DNA of 18,490 bases from positions 1-18,490 of the forward strand of contig JAZDPL010000019.1 in assembly GCA_043797665.1 (NCBI GenBank). Reading direction: 5' to 3'. The DNA is from Candidatus Omnitrophota bacterium (GTDB lineage Bacteria; Ratteibacteria; UBA8468; MWAK01). Below the pieces are notes generated by a model. The model was not told where the DNA came from, ran no database searches, and was given only the letters and a program-made list of their open reading frames with translations. The translations under genes and the position numbers were made by a program. Below, piece after piece: positions 16,562-18,490 of the stretch (its first letter is position 1; each line of letters opens with the position of its first letter).

Positions 16562-17341
16562 TCATCTCTGAAATGGTATGGTCATCCCGCCGTCAACAAA
16601 TATTTCCTGGCAGGTGATATAACCTGATAGGTCAGATACCAGAAAAGTGGTTAAATAACCGATATCCTCCGGCCGGCTCAGCCGGCCTAACGGCACTCTT
16701 TTGATAAGTTTTTCCCGGTCTTCCTCGGTGGCATAACGTTCCCGGAGGAGTTCTGTATCTACTAAGGAAGGATGAATAATGTTTACCCGGACCTTTTGAG
16801 ATATATATTCTCTGGATAAAGCCAGCATAAAACCGCTGAGCGCGGACTTGGAAGAGGCATAATGCACGCCACCGCCTCCACCGTAACGGACCCCGGCGGA
16901 ACCGATCAAAATAACACTTCCACCGCCGGAACCGGCCATTGTCGGAACAACTCTCCGGGTAAGATAAAATACCTGCGTCAAATTCAGCCTTTGCGTCTTT
17001 TCCCACTCCCGGGAAGTGAGTTCGGTCAGAGTCCGGGCAAAAGTGGACCCGGCATTGCAGACCAGAATGTCTATCTTTTTTGATTCTTTCCGGATGGTAT
17101 CCACCATGCGTCTGACCTCAGACTCATTGGTGACGTCAGCGCCTATTTCTCTGGCAATCCCTCCGGACCGTGAGATTTCTTTTACCAGGGCTCCGGCTAT
17201 TTTTGCACTTTCCGGCAGAGGCCGGTGGTTGAGCCAGACTTCAGCACCTGCCTGAGCCAGGCACCGGCTGATGGCAGCACCTATACCCCTGCTTCCGCCG
17301 GATATCAAGGCTGTTTTATCTCTTAAGTTAATCTCAATCAT
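16562..17341 (-). CDS. Short-chain dehydrogenase/reductase (classical SDR)
   Basis: SGGSRGIG, CNAG, catalytic YASSK, VDGG; ATGA overlap with the upstream gene. Confidence 0.92.
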   Translation of the reverse strand: MIEINLRDKTALISGGSRGIGAAISRCLAQAGAEVWLNHRPLPESAKIAGALVKEISRSGGIAREIGADVTNESEVRRMVDTIRKESKKIDILVCNAGSTFARTLTELTSREWEKTQRLNLTQVFYLTRRVVPTMAGSGGGSVILIGSAGVRYGGGGGVHYASSKSALSGFMLALSREYISQKVRVNIIHPSLVDTELLRERYATEEDREKLIKRVPLGRLSRPEDIGYLTTFLVSDLSGYITCQEIFVDGGMTIPFQR

Positions 17342-18318
17342 TTAATAATTTCTGACCACAATAGTTTATAAATTTCTACAGCATCATGTTCTTTTTGTAA
17401 TTTTGGAATGTCAGTGTTTCCCAGTCTACCTGCAATTTCATACAATTTACGTGTCTTCTCTATGCATTGTATCAACGCTGCAACTCCATTTTCACGATAC
17501 GGGAAAAAATCCATTATATACCATCCTTTATAGTTAACTTTTCTTAGCCAGTAGAAAAATTCAACCGTTGTCCAGAGATTTATACTACCTACAAGTAAAT
17601 CAGAATCCCAATCACAATAGTTATCATTTACATGTACTTGAAATAGTTTTTTGTTTCCTGCAAGTAATGAAACAGATTCAGCAGGATTTTCCTGTGCTAA
17701 CAACGAATGCCCTAAATCTATTACCGCACCTACATTTGACAGACCAACTTTTTCAATTACATATAACACATTACCAACTGTTGATATATGGCACCGAAGT
17801 CTCGGTTCTTTCAATTTATACTCTATACTTATCTTTATATCTTTCCCATATTCTGCAATTTCACGAATTCCTTCTATTAAATAATTCCAGTTAGACGTGT
17901 AGTTTACCTGAAATGGATAATCAAATCCATCCTGACCAAACCATAGAAGAATATCTTCTACATCAAGAATTTCAGCCGCATCTATTCCTTTCTTAACGGT
18001 ATCTATTGCTCCCTGCCTTGCTTTAGCATCAGGAGAAGTAAATGCACCTAACTTCCACTCTTTTTTACCGTAAATTCCAACTTCTAAGGTACATAATTTT
18101 AGTCCATATTCTTCTAATTTCCTCTTCATTTTTTTGGGATCATCAAACTGTAAAGGATAGTCCAAACCGATTCCATCAAGCCCTTTAACCTTTGAAGCTG
18201 CCTTTAATTGCTCTTCAAAATCCATCGCTTCACGATAACCACCAGGTAAAAACCTATCGCTAACATTTGAGAATGGCACCAATCCAGAACCTATTTTTAT
18301 TGTCTGATTAGAAACCAT
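17338..18318 (-). CDS. Xylose-isomerase-like TIM-barrel sugar isomerase/epimerase
   Basis: GAFTSPD, WFGQDGFDYPFQ, IEYKLKEPR, DLGH, HVNDN..WDSD, MDFFP. Start ATG 18318 follows SD AGAGGA, rather than TTG 18345. Confidence 0.85.
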   Translation of the reverse strand: MVSNQTIKIGSGLVPFSNVSDRFLPGGYREAMDFEEQLKAASKVKGLDGIGLDYPLQFDDPKKMKRKLEEYGLKLCTLEVGIYGKKEWKLGAFTSPDAKARQGAIDTVKKGIDAAEILDVEDILLWFGQDGFDYPFQVNYTSNWNYLIEGIREIAEYGKDIKISIEYKLKEPRLRCHISTVGNVLYVIEKVGLSNVGAVIDLGHSLLAQENPAESVSLLAGNKKLFQVHVNDNYCDWDSDLLVGSINLWTTVEFFYWLRKVNYKGWYIMDFFPYRENGVAALIQCIEKTRKLYEIAGRLGNTDIPKLQKEHDAVEIYKLLWSEIIK

Positions 18319-18490
18319 AGTTGTTCCTCTATAAATTGAAAACAATTTAATACCTGAAAAAAGCGTGAAAAATGATACCTAAAATCAGAAAACCGCGAAA
18401 ACATTGGGAATTCCAGAGTCTCATTTCTACAATTTCCAGCAAATGGACAAAAAATCATAGAGATTTCACCTTTAAAAAATATTAATACAA

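Noticed and set aside
18319..18490. Promoter or operator upstream of the minus-strand operon (ATACCT at 18350 and 18375)
   Set aside because: No convincing -35/-10 pair, and a 6-nt repeat in AT-rich DNA is not significant.
1..18490. CRISPR array, tRNA/rRNA, intact IS or integrase
   Set aside because: No regularly spaced repeats, RNA-gene signatures or transposase/recombinase ORFs were seen.

Overview
Bacterial window with two convergent metabolic operons and a scar between them. Plus strand (1-7954): the 3' end of a ROK-family gene, a non-pyrrolysine MttB-superfamily methyltransferase, TPP-dependent E1 alpha and E1 beta subunits with no E2/E3 nearby, a class III PLP aminotransferase, and two paralogous atypical Gfo/Idh/MocA oxidoreductases separated by an inverted PIN toxin-antitoxin pair. 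Minus strand (18318 to 8416): xylose-isomerase-like TIM barrel, SDR, class III aminotransferase, creatininase-family amidohydrolase, L-fucose/L-arabinose isomerase-like protein, a third class III aminotransferase, a glycoside-hydrolase-like TIM barrel that appears to start at ATA, and a tandem two-domain ADP-ribosylglycohydrolase-family protein. The meeting point (7953-8404) holds an internal hsdM fragment and the 23-codon 5' stub of a UroD/MtaA-like gene. Two REP-like palindromic elements lie between plus-strand genes. CCGG is strongly enriched except in two apparently foreign segments. The gene set suggests an uncharacterised pathway for an (N-methylated) amino-sugar or aminocyclitol; the substrate is inference. 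All family calls come from motifs read by eye, with no database search.
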